DNA from: an uncultured Nitrospiraceae bacterium
GTDB lineage: Bacteria; Nitrospirota; Thermodesulfovibrionia; Thermodesulfovibrionales; UBA6898
Reading direction: 5' to 3'
Length of the DNA: 64,000 nucleotides
NCBI GenBank assembly: GCA_963811165.1
Contig: CAWEQH010000004.1
Location: forward strand, 544,001 to 608,000
The notes beneath the pieces are model-generated. The model was not told the DNA's origin and searched no databases. It worked only from the letters and a program-made list of their open reading frames with translations. Made by a program: the position numbers and the translations under genes. Of the stretch, positions 40,941 through 51,555 are shown piece by piece. Every line of letters begins with the position of its first letter. Position 1 is the stretch's first letter.

Positions 40941-42263
40941 CTATCGGCCCTTGCCCCTGATCTTTCTTCCCCACTCATTTGCACGGCGTAAGATTTCCGG
41001 CTCGTCCCCGGTAAGCAGCGTGCGTCCGTTCATGACCAGCTTCCCGTCAATGATGACACTATGGATATCCGCAGCGCTCATTGAATAGACGATACTGGAA
41101 TACAGGTCATACATCGGCGTCAGATTGGGTTTCCTCACGTCGGCAAGGACGATGTCCGCCGCTTTTCCGGGCTCGATGCTTCCGGTCACGTCCCCGAGTC
41201 CCAGGGCCTCGGCCCCCCAGCGCGTGGCCATGAGCATTACCCTTCGGGCACTGAGGACGGTGGGGTCTTTAGAAAGGGCCTTATGGACCTTTGCGGTCGT
41301 AGACATCTCACTCAGGATATTGAGGTCGTTGTTGCTTGCTGCGCCGTCGGTGCCGAAGGTGACCCTGATTCCCTGGGCAAGCATCGAGGCTATCGGCGCG
41401 AATCCGGACGCCAATTTGAGGTTGCTCTCCATGCAGTGGGACACTCCCACCCCGCACCTTGCAAGGGTTTCGATCTCTTCGTCCTCCAGCCAGATACAAT
41501 GTGCCGCGGTCACGCTTTCGTCGAAAAAACCTATGGAATCGAGGAAGGTGGCGGGACGGCTCCCGTGCAGGGCCATCAGTTCTCCCACTTCCCACTCGGT
41601 CTCAGACAGGTGGATATGGATGCGCACAGCGTGCTTTTCAGAAAGCGCCTTTGCCTTTCTCAGAGTGTCGGGACTGCAGGCGTAAGCGGAGTGGGGCGCT
41701 ACGCACGGAGTAATAAGTCTGTCGCCTTTCCATCTCCCGATGAACGCCTCGGCCTTCTCGATGTATCCTGCGGCGTTTTGCGCGGTGCTCGTCGGAAAAT
41801 CGAGAATGCCAGCTCCTACCGACGCCCTCATCCCGATCTTCTTTGCAGCAGCCGCGATCTCATCGCCATAGAAATACATATCGTTGCAGGAGGTAATCCC
41901 GGATTTGAGCATTTCCAGGAAGGCGAGTTCTGCGGCGTCGGCAACGAATTTCGGGCTGAGCCATTTTTTTTCGGCTGGCCATATATGCTCCTCGAGCCAT
42001 TCTTTAAGAGGCAGGTCATCGGCAAGCCCCCTAAAGTAGACCATGGGAGAATGGGTGTGGGTATTGACGAGGCCGGGGAATGCAATAAACCCGTCGCCTC
42101 CGATGATTCGTTTTGAGGAGTATTTCCTTAAGATATCGTCGACAACCCCGACCGACACGATGCCGCCTCCATCAACGGCGATTGCACCGTTTTTTATTAC
42201 CGTGAAGTGCCTGTCCATCGTAAGGAGATGGTCAGCTTTTACAATTATGTCGACGTCCTGCAT
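40941..42263 (-). CDS. mtaD: 5-methylthioadenosine/S-adenosylhomocysteine deaminase
   Basis: VNTHTH, WLEEHIWPAE, APHSAY, HIHLSET, SNLKLASG, GTDGAASNN. Confidence 0.85.
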   Translation of the reverse strand: MQDVDIIVKADHLLTMDRHFTVIKNGAIAVDGGGIVSVGVVDDILRKYSSKRIIGGDGFIAFPGLVNTHTHSPMVYFRGLADDLPLKEWLEEHIWPAEKKWLSPKFVADAAELAFLEMLKSGITSCNDMYFYGDEIAAAAKKIGMRASVGAGILDFPTSTAQNAAGYIEKAEAFIGRWKGDRLITPCVAPHSAYACSPDTLRKAKALSEKHAVRIHIHLSETEWEVGELMALHGSRPATFLDSIGFFDESVTAAHCIWLEDEEIETLARCGVGVSHCMESNLKLASGFAPIASMLAQGIRVTFGTDGAASNNDLNILSEMSTTAKVHKALSKDPTVLSARRVMLMATRWGAEALGLGDVTGSIEPGKAADIVLADVRKPNLTPMYDLYSSIVYSMSAADIHSVIIDGKLVMNGRTLLTGDEPEILRRANEWGRKIRGKGR

Positions 42264-42281
42264 TTTCGGCTCCCTTCGGAA

Positions 42282-42364
42282 TCATAACTCCCCTTAACCC
42301 CCTCTTATCTTAAGAGGGGGAGAGGCGCCTGCCTGCCGGCAGGCAGGGAGCCTGGGGGCGTTAC
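42282..42364. repeat. REP-like element, copy B, with nested CCTGCCTGCCGGCAGGCAGG palindrome
   Basis: tcataactccccttaaccccctcttatcttaagaggggg...gggggcgtta; matches the reverse complement of 13041-13105. Confidence 0.7.
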
Positions 42365-42458
42365 CTAAAAGCCGGATACCCGCCTACGGCGAGCAATACG
42401 AGAAATTGAATCCGCTCAAAGACAGTTCCCATACTGGCCTATAGTTCGTATATGATGA

Positions 42459-43571
42459 CTATCTCTCGACCAGGATGCGGAGCATCCTCCTGAGCGGTTC
42501 GGCAGCGCCCCAGAGGAGCTGGTCTCCGCAGGTGAATGCGGCAAGATAGTCAGGTCCCATGTTCATCTTGCGTATACGGCCGACAGGCACGGTGAGGGTG
42601 CCTGTCACCGCGGCAGGGGTGAGTTCCCGTACGGTGATGTCCCGCTGGTTCGGCACTACCTTTACCCACTGGTTGTGGCTTGAGATCATCTCGTTGATCT
42701 CGTCGAGCGGCACGTCCTTCGTAAGTTTGATCGTAAGGGCCTGACTGTGGCAGCGCATGGAGCTGATGCGTACGCAGATACCGTCGATCGGGACAGGGTT
42801 TTCTTCCCGCCCCAGGATCTTGTTCGTTTCAGCCTGGCCTTTCCACTCTTCCTTGCTCTGCCCGTTTTCAAGCTCTACATCGATCCATGGGATCAGGGAG
42901 CAGGCCAGAGGTGCGCCGAAGAACTTCGTAGGATAGGCGTCGGAACGCACGTGCTCCGCGACTCTGCGGTCGATATCGAGGATCGCACTTGCAGGCTGCT
43001 CAAGGAGGTCCTTCACGGAACCGTGGGCGGAACCCATCTGTGAGAGAAGTTCTCTCATGTTTTGGGCGCCTGCACCGGATGCCGCCTGATAGGTCATGGC
43101 CGACATCCACTGGACGAGTCCGCGCTCATAAAGCCCTCCTAAGGCGATGAGCATCAACGAAACCGTGCAGTTGCCGCCGATATAGTTTTTGATGCCCCTG
43201 GCGAGGCCCTCTCTGATCACCTTTAGATTTACCGGGTCGAGAATGATGATGGAATCTTTTTCCATACGGAGCGCGGAAGCGGCGTCGATCCAGTAGCCGT
43301 TCCAGCCCGAGGCCCGTAATTTGGGAAAGACCACCTTTGTATATTCGCCCCCCTGGCAAGAGACGATCGTATCCATCGCCTTCAACTCATCGATATTTCT
43401 TGCGTCCTTGAGGACCGGGGAGTTCTTGCCGATCTCCGGCGCCTTGCCCCCGACGTTCGAGGTGGTGAAGAAGACCGGCTCGACGAGATCGAAATCTTTT
43501 TCCTCGGCCATGCGGCCCATAAGCACCGAGCCGACCATGCCGCGCCACCCTACAAAACCTACTCGCATCAT
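42459..43571 (-). CDS. asd: Aspartate-semialdehyde dehydrogenase (E. coli-like long type)
   Basis: [48 protein letters not shown]. Confidence 0.96.
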   Translation of the reverse strand: MMRVGFVGWRGMVGSVLMGRMAEEKDFDLVEPVFFTTSNVGGKAPEIGKNSPVLKDARNIDELKAMDTIVSCQGGEYTKVVFPKLRASGWNGYWIDAASALRMEKDSIIILDPVNLKVIREGLARGIKNYIGGNCTVSLMLIALGGLYERGLVQWMSAMTYQAASGAGAQNMRELLSQMGSAHGSVKDLLEQPASAILDIDRRVAEHVRSDAYPTKFFGAPLACSLIPWIDVELENGQSKEEWKGQAETNKILGREENPVPIDGICVRISSMRCHSQALTIKLTKDVPLDEINEMISSHNQWVKVVPNQRDITVRELTPAAVTGTLTVPVGRIRKMNMGPDYLAAFTCGDQLLWGAAEPLRRMLRILVER

Positions 43572-43747
43572 CTCTTCGCTCCTGATAAAGAATTCTTGGT
43601 CATAGCCGATAACGCCGCTTTGGGCGTTACGCAAGGATTATTCTTTTTATTATATCCAATATCCGGAAACTTTACACGGCCAGGGGAAGACCGCAATCTG
43701 CCTTCAACTTCGCCCGGAGACCCATTTTACCGCGCGACCGTAATTCA

Positions 43748-44815
43748 TCAGATAGTGGCCGCGAGCTTTGAAACCAGGTCACCGACTTCGGCAGTGCCCA
43801 TTCCCATCTTGCCTGCCGCGAGGCTCTTGATATGTTTCCCGGTGACTTCCATTACCGCCTTTTCGATCGTCTTCCCCGCGGCGTCCTCTCCGAGATATTC
43901 GAGCATCATGCCTCCGGCGCATATGGCAGCAAGAGGGTTAATGACGTTCATGCCTTTATATTTGGGGGCCGAGCCGCCTATAGGCTCGAACATCGAAACG
44001 CCCTGAGGGTTTATATTGCCGCCCGCTGCAATACCCATTCCCCCCTGTATCATCGCGCCCAGATCGGTAATAATGTCACCGAACATGTTGTCTGTCACGA
44101 TCACGTCGAACCACTCGGGGTTTTTCACGAACCACATCGTGATCGCGTCGACGTGGGCATAATCGGCTTTTACCCCGGGGTATTCCTTTGCTACTTCATA
44201 AAAGGTCCTTTCCCATAAATCGAAGGCGAAGGTGAGGACGTTCGTTTTTCCGCAGAGGGTGAGTTTGTTCGACTTGTTCCGCTTTTTGCAGTATTCGAAG
44301 GCATACCGTATGCAGCGCTCCACGCCCTTTCTCGTATTGATCGACTCCTGTATCGCAACCTCATCCTTCGTGCCTTTTTTGAGGGTGCCGCCGGCCCCGG
44401 CATAAAGCCCTTCGGTGTTTTCTCTTACAACGACGAAATCGATATCATCGGGCCTCTTGTCCTTAAGCGGACATTCTACGCCGGGGTAGAGCTTCACCGG
44501 CCTGAGGTTGATGTACTGGTCGAGCTCGAACCTAAGTTTCAGCAGTATACCCTTTTCGAGGATGCCCGGCTTGACATCGGGATGGCCGATGGCGCCCAGG
44601 AAGATTGCATCGAACTTCTGTAATTCCTCGACCGCATTGGCCGGGAGCACCTCTCCGGTCTTAAGATACCTGTCCCCCCCGAAGTCGAAATAGGTGAGGT
44701 CCGTATTGAACCCGAACCGTTTAGAGACAGTATTTAAGACCTTAATGCCCTCGGCAACGACCTCCGGGCCAGTGCCGTCTCCCGGTATTACGGCTATGTT
44801 ATATGTCTTTGACAT
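43748..44815 (-). CDS. leuB: 3-isopropylmalate dehydrogenase
   Basis: [37 protein letters not shown]. Confidence 0.9.
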   Translation of the reverse strand: MSKTYNIAVIPGDGTGPEVVAEGIKVLNTVSKRFGFNTDLTYFDFGGDRYLKTGEVLPANAVEELQKFDAIFLGAIGHPDVKPGILEKGILLKLRFELDQYINLRPVKLYPGVECPLKDKRPDDIDFVVVRENTEGLYAGAGGTLKKGTKDEVAIQESINTRKGVERCIRYAFEYCKKRNKSNKLTLCGKTNVLTFAFDLWERTFYEVAKEYPGVKADYAHVDAITMWFVKNPEWFDVIVTDNMFGDIITDLGAMIQGGMGIAAGGNINPQGVSMFEPIGGSAPKYKGMNVINPLAAICAGGMMLEYLGEDAAGKTIEKAVMEVTGKHIKSLAAGKMGMGTAEVGDLVSKLAATI

Positions 44816-44929
44816 GTCTTCCTCCTGATATCAAAAAAGTCTGATATATTATCATATCGGGGTGATTTCTTAGTAGTTCTGCGGCTGGCTTATCTAATGT
44901 CCGGGGGAAAAAAACGGGTTCCCAGCGGG

Positions 44930-46393
44930 TCAGGGATGCGCATATCCGCCTATAGCTTTCCTCTTAAGGATAAGAAAACCGTCATACTCATATACGGTCT
45001 CAAAAGACGGAGAAGACGAGGCGAGCGCTTTCTCAGAACGCTCGTATTCATCAAGCGGCTCTCTGAGCGCATACGCACCTCTTCGGAGCACAAAATCGAC
45101 TAGCTCCTTCGCCCGTTTTTTGTCATAGACTACATAGTCTGCGAGCATTCCCGTTCCCGCAGAAGCGGCAACTCCGGCTGGGAATGTAAGATAATGCATC
45201 CGGTTGGCCAGGACCGCATGGTTTACCAAATTGGAACTTGAAACCACGATAGACGGGTCGGCCGGGACAAATGTTTCCAGTGCGTTTCTGTTCCTGTCAT
45301 CCCTCGGCGTGACAAGATAGCGGGAATAATGATAGCTATCGTTTTTGTAAAAAAGGAAAAATCCGAGATGGGCCATGTTCAGGAGTAAAAAGGCCCCGAC
45401 AAGGAACTTAAAAAAATTGCCCTGAAGGGAAGGACGCTTTCCCATCACATCTACGAAGGCGGCAAAGATAAAGGGTACAACCGTGGCAGGATAATGATAT
45501 GCGAGCGACTGGATCCTCCAGAGGTCTGAGAGTAAGGCAAGGGCCATGCCGGGGAGGGCGGGAAGTAAGGTGAGGGGAGCAAGGAAAGGCAGGAACAGAA
45601 ACGATCCCAAAAGGATTACCACATAGGCGGCTCTCCAGTAATTGACAAAGGTAGCGGCGACTTTCCCCGGATTCGTGAAAACCGCTCCGAATACTCCTCC
45701 CATGTCCTGTCCCAGCCATGAAACGCCTGCTATGTTCATCAGGGCATGCCCCTCGACGGCAGGCATCAGGAAATCGATGACGAGCAGCCCTGATACAAAA
45801 ATCGCTGCGGAGAGGGCATACCGTAAGATTCCCTTCTTGCGCTGTAAAGCGCCGGATAGACAGATAAGAGATGCGATAAAGAAGGATATTTCCTTAACGG
45901 TCAAAAGAAGGGCCAGTGAAAGAGCGAACGGGACATTCCTTTCTTTTTTCTGAAAGTACATTGCAGACAGACCCAAGGGTATAATGAGTGAATCGGGATG
46001 GAAATTTGTCAGATTAATGAGCCATACCGGGGAGAAGAGGCAATATAGCGCCGCGACGATGAATGCCTTTTCCCTGCCGAGCATTTCGGATGCATAGGCA
46101 TGGAGAGGGAAAACAGCGATGGAAATAGACAGCGATTGAAGGACGAGGAGGGTTTCTCCGTAAGGCATGATTTTATAGACGAGTGCGTAAAGGCCGAGTA
46201 TCGGCCTGAAGTGATGACGGACGACGAGGGACCCGATACTTCCTATCGAATAATTCCAGAGGCCATTTTGATACATGCCCATATCCCAGATTTGGGTATG
46301 AAGGGCGCGATATCGCTGGACGCTTGGGTAGATAAGGGCAAGAGAGTAAACCATCCACAATATGATGAGTTTGAATTTTTTAAGCGTATCCAT
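44930..46393 (-). CDS. DUF2079-family membrane protein (GT-C-like)
   Basis: WDMGMY, HFRP, LLVLQS, NFHP, VKE, YHY motifs; multiple TM segments. Confidence 0.75.
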   Translation of the reverse strand: MDTLKKFKLIILWMVYSLALIYPSVQRYRALHTQIWDMGMYQNGLWNYSIGSIGSLVVRHHFRPILGLYALVYKIMPYGETLLVLQSLSISIAVFPLHAYASEMLGREKAFIVAALYCLFSPVWLINLTNFHPDSLIIPLGLSAMYFQKKERNVPFALSLALLLTVKEISFFIASLICLSGALQRKKGILRYALSAAIFVSGLLVIDFLMPAVEGHALMNIAGVSWLGQDMGGVFGAVFTNPGKVAATFVNYWRAAYVVILLGSFLFLPFLAPLTLLPALPGMALALLSDLWRIQSLAYHYPATVVPFIFAAFVDVMGKRPSLQGNFFKFLVGAFLLLNMAHLGFFLFYKNDSYHYSRYLVTPRDDRNRNALETFVPADPSIVVSSSNLVNHAVLANRMHYLTFPAGVAASAGTGMLADYVVYDKKRAKELVDFVLRRGAYALREPLDEYERSEKALASSSPSFETVYEYDGFLILKRKAIGGYAHP

Positions 46394-46660
46394 TTTTAAA
46401 AAAACACTCTTCTTTATTGCCCCGCACATCAAATGCAGTGTGATATCCCAAATTCTATAGTAGCCTAGGTAATGGGTAAGAATAAAGCAATCCCCGAGTA
46501 GGATTACGAGCAAGGCAGAACGACATACTTCTTTGCGCAACGTCCTTACGATAAACTCAAGTCGACGAAGATCGGGGAGGCCGACCGCATCATTTTTTTT
46601 GTCGTTACATGGAGATTAAGGTAAAATAAACGTGCTTGATTAATTATTCCGGAGGATTCG

Positions 46661-48295
46661 ATGGCCCAGGATTTTGAAAACGCCGCTTCATGTTGGAAAG
46701 TGATCTTATCGGATGTCTCTAAGAACAAAGGACTTCTGTCTGAGATAGAGAGATTCGCCAGGGAAAATACCGCTCCGGCAAAAATTGTCTTTGGCACGTC
46801 GGGGTGGCGCGGGGAGATAGGTACGGATTATACGTTCAATAACGTGCGCATCGTGACCGCAGCCATTATCGAGATGTGTAAAAGCGGAGACCGTAATGTC
46901 ATGGAAGCCATGGGTGTTTCTGATTTCGAAGAGATAAGGAGGCGTGGAGCTATTGTCGGCCATGATAACCGGTTCCTCGGGGAGGATTTCGCCATGGAGG
47001 TCCTCGGTCTTCTCAAGAAGGAGGGCGTTAAGACCTGGTATGCGGGCGAGGCCCCTACTCCGGAGTTTTCGGCAGGCATCGAAATGCTGGATGCGGCCTG
47101 TGCGATAAACCTTACGCCGTCACATAATCCGGCCAATTACGCGGGCTTCAAGTTCAACCCTTCAGACGGCGGTCCGGCTGGGGCGGAAATTACCACTAGG
47201 ATAGAAGAGGTCGCAAACAGGATGATGGGGGGAGCTCTTGTCCCGCCGCCGGCGGTCCCGTCCGACATCGAGAAAATCGATCTCACTTCTCTCTATATAC
47301 GTTACCTTGACGAACGCAATACCATCGATGCCGGCCGTATCCGCGACTTTCTTGCGAAGGCGGACTGCACCATATGTATCGATAACGTCCATGGTGCGAC
47401 GCGGGGACGGGTCCGGAGGATCCTCGGTGAGAGCGAAAAGATCGTGTATCTCAGGACCGGAGACGATTATCTCTTTGGAGGAGTTGCTCCGGAGCCCTCC
47501 GAAAAGAACATGGCGGGTGTGGAGGAAACGTTAAAGGGCAGCGCCTCGAGGTTAAGACTTGGCGTGATCATGGACCCTGACGGCGACAGGATACGGTTTT
47601 CCGACGGGGATATGCAGATACCGATGAACTATTTCGGTGCGATGGCGTTCCATTTCCTTCACGTCCATAAAGGTATTTCGGGCGTTGTCGCCAAGTCGGT
47701 CGGCACGAGTAATCTCGTAAACGCGATAGCCGAAAAACTCAGGGTTCCCGTCAGGGAGACGAAGGTCGGGTTCAAGAACTTCAGGCCCTACCTGCTCGGG
47801 TCGGCCCTTGAAAGGGCGATTGTCGCCTTCGAAGAGTCCGACGGGATTTCAGGGTACAACCACACACTCGAAAAGGACGCGCTTTTCGGACTGCTTCTTG
47901 CCCTTGAGATGATGTCTGTTACCGGAAATAACCTGGGGGGGTACCTTAAGGCTATCATGGACGAATTCGGCCACTACTATCCCGATCGCTCGGGGATCTC
48001 GGTGGACAGGTCGCTTGTCGGCGAACCTCTTATAAGAAGGCTTTCCGTCATCCGGGAACTTTACAAAAAGGGCACTTTACTCAAAATCGGGGGGAGCGAG
48101 AAGAAGGTCAGGGACGTGATCACCGTCGATGGGACGAAGCTTGTCTTTGACGACGGCTCGTGGCTTATGATAAGGCCCTCGGGGACTGAACCGAAGGTGA
48201 GGTTCTATATCGAGTCGAGGACGGAAGAGGGAAAAAAGGCGGTGTTTGAGACAGCCGAGAGGATGACGAAAGAGGCGCTGGGGATGAAATTGTAG
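46661..48295 (+). CDS. Phosphoglucomutase/phosphomannomutase family protein
   Basis: FGTSGWRG, TPSHNP, DPDGDR, FEESDG, IRPSGTEPK. Confidence 0.93.
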   Translation: MAQDFENAASCWKVILSDVSKNKGLLSEIERFARENTAPAKIVFGTSGWRGEIGTDYTFNNVRIVTAAIIEMCKSGDRNVMEAMGVSDFEEIRRRGAIVGHDNRFLGEDFAMEVLGLLKKEGVKTWYAGEAPTPEFSAGIEMLDAACAINLTPSHNPANYAGFKFNPSDGGPAGAEITTRIEEVANRMMGGALVPPPAVPSDIEKIDLTSLYIRYLDERNTIDAGRIRDFLAKADCTICIDNVHGATRGRVRRILGESEKIVYLRTGDDYLFGGVAPEPSEKNMAGVEETLKGSASRLRLGVIMDPDGDRIRFSDGDMQIPMNYFGAMAFHFLHVHKGISGVVAKSVGTSNLVNAIAEKLRVPVRETKVGFKNFRPYLLGSALERAIVAFEESDGISGYNHTLEKDALFGLLLALEMMSVTGNNLGGYLKAIMDEFGHYYPDRSGISVDRSLVGEPLIRRLSVIRELYKKGTLLKIGGSEKKVRDVITVDGTKLVFDDGSWLMIRPSGTEPKVRFYIESRTEEGKKAVFETAERMTKEALGMKL

Positions 48296-48365
48296 GGGGC
48301 GCACCTGTGCGTGCGCGCCCTTCCTTGTGGGCCGTCATTGGGCAGACACTAAGGTCTGCCCCTCC
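48292..48365. repeat. GTAG-type REP doublet (REPIN-like)
   Basis: GTAGGGGGCGCACctgtgcGTGCGCGCCC ... GGGCAGACactaagGTCTGCCCCTCC between convergent genes. Confidence 0.7.
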
Positions 48366-48369
48366 AACA

Positions 48370-49134
48370 TTATTTCACTATCGGGCTGGCGTGTATGTCC
48401 ATCGGGTTCGTCCTTATTGCCAGTGAGAAGAGATACGGGTAGTCGCCCTTGAGATGTTCCATATAGGAGAGCCACTGCGAAAGCAGCTGGGTATAGGCCC
48501 GGTTGATATCTCCGGTGAGGTGGTCGTAATCGGTCTCCGGCAGTCCTTCAAGCACGGGTCTCGACGACAGTTCCCCCAAGAGGTGGAAGACCGCCCAGAG
48601 GAGGTCGGTAAATGTATCATGTTCGAGGAGGTTCGGGTTTGCAAGAAGACTGAGAAGGAACCCCCTTTTTTGTTCGAGGAACCTCTTTAATTCCTTCAGG
48701 TCGTTTCTTCTCGAATCTATTTTTGGGTCTGCGGTATGGATCTGTTTCATCGCAGAGGTGAAATCTTTATGCGTCCATGAGTCGGCGACGAGCAGATGCG
48801 GCGCCAGCCCGGAGAGGTCGGAGCTGAATTGTGAACAATATTTCATCAGGTACGTCCCTACCTCGCTATAGAATGCGCCGATGAGCATATTAAGCTTCTT
48901 CAGCAGTGTCCGCTTTTCTCTTTCGTTTAGGAGACGCGCAATGATAAATGTCACCAGGAGTACCTGGATGGGTACGAAGGCGATGTCCTGCAGCATGTAA
49001 AAGAAGGTGTCATCCGAGCGGTGAAAAATGGCTATCTGAATAACGTATGAGACGACGGAGAAACCGATCAGGAGACACGACAGTATTATGTACCACTTCA
49101 GACTCTCTTTGTTTCGTTTGCCGAGCATATTCAT
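48370..49134 (-). CDS. Conserved hypothetical membrane-anchored protein
   Basis: Two N-terminal TM segments; DIAFVPIQVLLVT, KLNMLIGAFYSEVG, NPNLLEHDTFTDLLWAVFHL, YPYLFSLA. Confidence 0.75.
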   Translation of the reverse strand: MNMLGKRNKESLKWYIILSCLLIGFSVVSYVIQIAIFHRSDDTFFYMLQDIAFVPIQVLLVTFIIARLLNEREKRTLLKKLNMLIGAFYSEVGTYLMKYCSQFSSDLSGLAPHLLVADSWTHKDFTSAMKQIHTADPKIDSRRNDLKELKRFLEQKRGFLLSLLANPNLLEHDTFTDLLWAVFHLLGELSSRPVLEGLPETDYDHLTGDINRAYTQLLSQWLSYMEHLKGDYPYLFSLAIRTNPMDIHASPIVK

Positions 49135-49299
49135 TTTATTAGTGTAGCGGAACAGAGGGGGCAGGTCTAGTACTGATGCTTCACGAATGCAGCGTGGACC
49201 GCTTTTCGCTGACTAGTCATCATGCCGGATCTTGTATTGGAAGACCGCATGAGCATACGGCTGCAAATTTGGGACGTACTCCCTTTTGCGGGAAGCGCC

Positions 49300-49512
49300 T
49301 TATACTTTAGTGGTTTTCGTCTCCTGATCGACCGCCTCTTTATTATTTTCTATCAGAGGTTTCTTCTCTTCGGCGGCAAGGGCCTTCTTGAACTCCCGGA
49401 TGCTTTTACCAAGGCCTGCCCCTATCTCGGGCAACTTACCCGGGCCGAAAATGACCAGTACGATCGCCAAAATGATGATCATGTGCATGGGCTGAAACAA
49501 TCCTTCAAACAT
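49300..49512 (-). CDS. tatA: Twin-arginine translocase TatA/E subunit
   Basis: [24 protein letters not shown]. Confidence 0.93.
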   Translation of the reverse strand: MFEGLFQPMHMIIILAIVLVIFGPGKLPEIGAGLGKSIREFKKALAAEEKKPLIENNKEAVDQETKTTKV

Positions 49513-49679
49513 AATTTTTCACCTCCCTACAGTTCTTATTTTACCTTATCCGGACATGAAATTGCCTTTTTTTTCTCCAGGGCCGTTTCAACTCCGGAAA
49601 ACGCCCTTGTCACATGATGGCGCGCGAGAGGGGGAGTTACCCCCCCTCAGGGAGTCAGGTTTAATCCGAAAGGAAAGTA

Positions 49680-50990
49680 CTATGAAGTATACCCGCTCTC
49701 TTCGTGCTGGGTAAGGTCGAGGCCCATAACTTCATCTTCATCGGAGATGCGAAGTCCGATCGTCTTTTCCATTATTTTCAGCACTATGAAGGAGACTGAA
49801 AATGAATAGAATGCCACAACAGCCACAGCCATCCCCTGGATTGCAAGCTGATGCGCATTGCCGAAAAAGAGACCGTCGGCACCGGCATTATTGATCAGCT
49901 TTTGCGCAAAAAATCCGGCCGAGATGGTCCCTAAAATGCCTCCTACCCCGTGGACGCCGAAGGCGTCGAGGGAATCGTCATACCCGAGTTTACTTTTGAG
50001 ATTAAGGGCGGTATAACATGCAGCGCCGGCAAGCAGCCCGATAATGAGGGAAGACATTGGTCCGACAAAGCCTGCGGCAGGGGTTATTGTTGCGAGCCCC
50101 GCTATAGAACCGGTAGCTGCGCCGAACATGGTGGGCTTCCCTCTATGGAGCCATTCTATTATGACCCATAACAATGTTGCTGAAACGGCGGCGATATGCG
50201 TGGTCACAAACGCCACTGCGCTGAGGCCCCCTGATGCAAGGGCGCTGCCGCCGTTAAATCCAAACCATCCGAACCAGAGCAGACCCGCCCCGAGAACCGT
50301 CATGGGCAGATTGTGAGGGGGCATGGGCTCCCGTAAATACCCTTTCCTTTTTCCAATGACGAGGGCCGCTGCAAGGGCTGACAGCCCAGAGGTTGCATGG
50401 ACCACGATGCCCCCCGCAAAATCCAGCACCCCGAGGCTTTTCAGCCAGCCGCCGGTCCCCCATACCCAATGGGCCACCGGATCGTAGACAAGGGTCGTCC
50501 AGAGCAGGATGAATAGGATATATGCCGAGAATTTCATCCTTTCGGCGATGGCCCCGCTGATAAGAGCAGGCGTAATTACTGCAAACATCGCCTGATAAAT
50601 CATAAACGCCAGATGGGGGACGGTTGGGGCGTAGTCTACGTTAGGCGCGGTCCCTACCCCCCTAAGAAATGCCCAGTCCAGTCCTCCGATGACACTCTTA
50701 ATGTCAGGTCCAAAAGAAAGACTGTATCCTATGAGGACCCATTGAAGGCTCACGATAGCGATGGCGATAAAACTGTGCATAATGGTGCCCAGTACGTTTT
50801 TCTTCCTCGCCATGCCTCCGTAAAACATGGCAAGCCCCGGGGTCATGAGCATGACAAGGGCTGCCGACAAGAGAACAAAGGCCGTATCGCCCGTGTCTAT
50901 TTTCCCCTCTGTCTGGGCATATACGCTCAAGGGCATGAGAAAAAGCAGCGCTAGGGAAAAGATAGTGGGCCGGATCATTTTTTTATTCAT
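49680..50990 (-). CDS. amtB: Ammonium transporter
   Basis: MTPGLAMFYGG, DFAGGIVVH, WFGWFGFNGGS, DDSLDAFGVHG, GLDLTQHEE. Confidence 0.97.
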   Translation of the reverse strand: MNKKMIRPTIFSLALLFLMPLSVYAQTEGKIDTGDTAFVLLSAALVMLMTPGLAMFYGGMARKKNVLGTIMHSFIAIAIVSLQWVLIGYSLSFGPDIKSVIGGLDWAFLRGVGTAPNVDYAPTVPHLAFMIYQAMFAVITPALISGAIAERMKFSAYILFILLWTTLVYDPVAHWVWGTGGWLKSLGVLDFAGGIVVHATSGLSALAAALVIGKRKGYLREPMPPHNLPMTVLGAGLLWFGWFGFNGGSALASGGLSAVAFVTTHIAAVSATLLWVIIEWLHRGKPTMFGAATGSIAGLATITPAAGFVGPMSSLIIGLLAGAACYTALNLKSKLGYDDSLDAFGVHGVGGILGTISAGFFAQKLINNAGADGLFFGNAHQLAIQGMAVAVVAFYSFSVSFIVLKIMEKTIGLRISDEDEVMGLDLTQHEESGYTS

Positions 50991-51039
50991 CGATAACTCC
51001 TCTAGTCAAGATATCCCTTTTAGAGATTGTGGAGAAAGA

Positions 51040-51055
51040 AGCGAAAGGCATGCCA
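51040..51055 (-). promoter_or_regulatory. Sigma54 (-24/-12) promoter of amtB
   Basis: TGGCATGCCTTTCGCT, GG and GC at canonical spacing, ~50 nt upstream of the start. Confidence 0.75.
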
Positions 51056-51108
51056 GAGGGAATCCTTTGTTTTCTCGGGGATAGAAGGAGACAAAAAGAG
51101 AAGAAAAA

Positions 51109-51210
51109 CAACAAAAATGTAGGTCTTTCCCGGTCCCAAAGCGTGTTTATGCTTTAAAAACGCGAGCATATCAATGAAGCTACAAAAATGTTCTATCGAC
51201 ACAAATGTAG
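51109..51210. promoter_or_regulatory. Three putative enhancer (bEBP) sites, consensus CTACAAAAATGTAG
   Basis: caacaaaaatgtag 51109, ctacaaaaatgttc 51180, cgacacaaatgtag 51197. Confidence 0.6.
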
Positions 51211-51375
51211 CCTATTTTTTGGACGGACCTAAGGCTGCCCGCACTCGTTGTAATCGTCCCGGTCTTTGCCGCAAGAGGACTGATTCGTCGGAAAAAAGCC
51301 TTTTTTTTTGGCATATCCGAGCTTCCCAACCTGGCATCCGGTAAAGAAGCGGGCAGTAAGCCTCAACCGTGAATA

Positions 51376-51391
51376 TGCCAGAAGCGTGCCA
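51376..51391 (-). promoter_or_regulatory. Second sigma54 promoter
   Basis: TGGCACGCTTCTGGCA with canonical GG/GC spacing. Confidence 0.6.
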
Positions 51392-51555
51392 ATTCTGATC
51401 GGTCGCTCCGTCTGCTCACTCCGTGAAGCATTCCTTCCCCTGGTGTCTGTGCGAGGGCCTTTGGCCGGACCGCGGGACGTATAGGGCAGGGGAGAGATGG
51501 TATAATAGGGCTTACAATGGCTGCTTTTTTAAAGACACGTTAAGCGGAGGAAACC

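Noticed and set aside
49553..49568. GG-N10-GC sigma54-like spacing near tatA
   Set aside because: Lacks TGGCA and points away from tatA; similar TGGCATG..TTGC hits near 16407 and 26446 have the wrong spacing.
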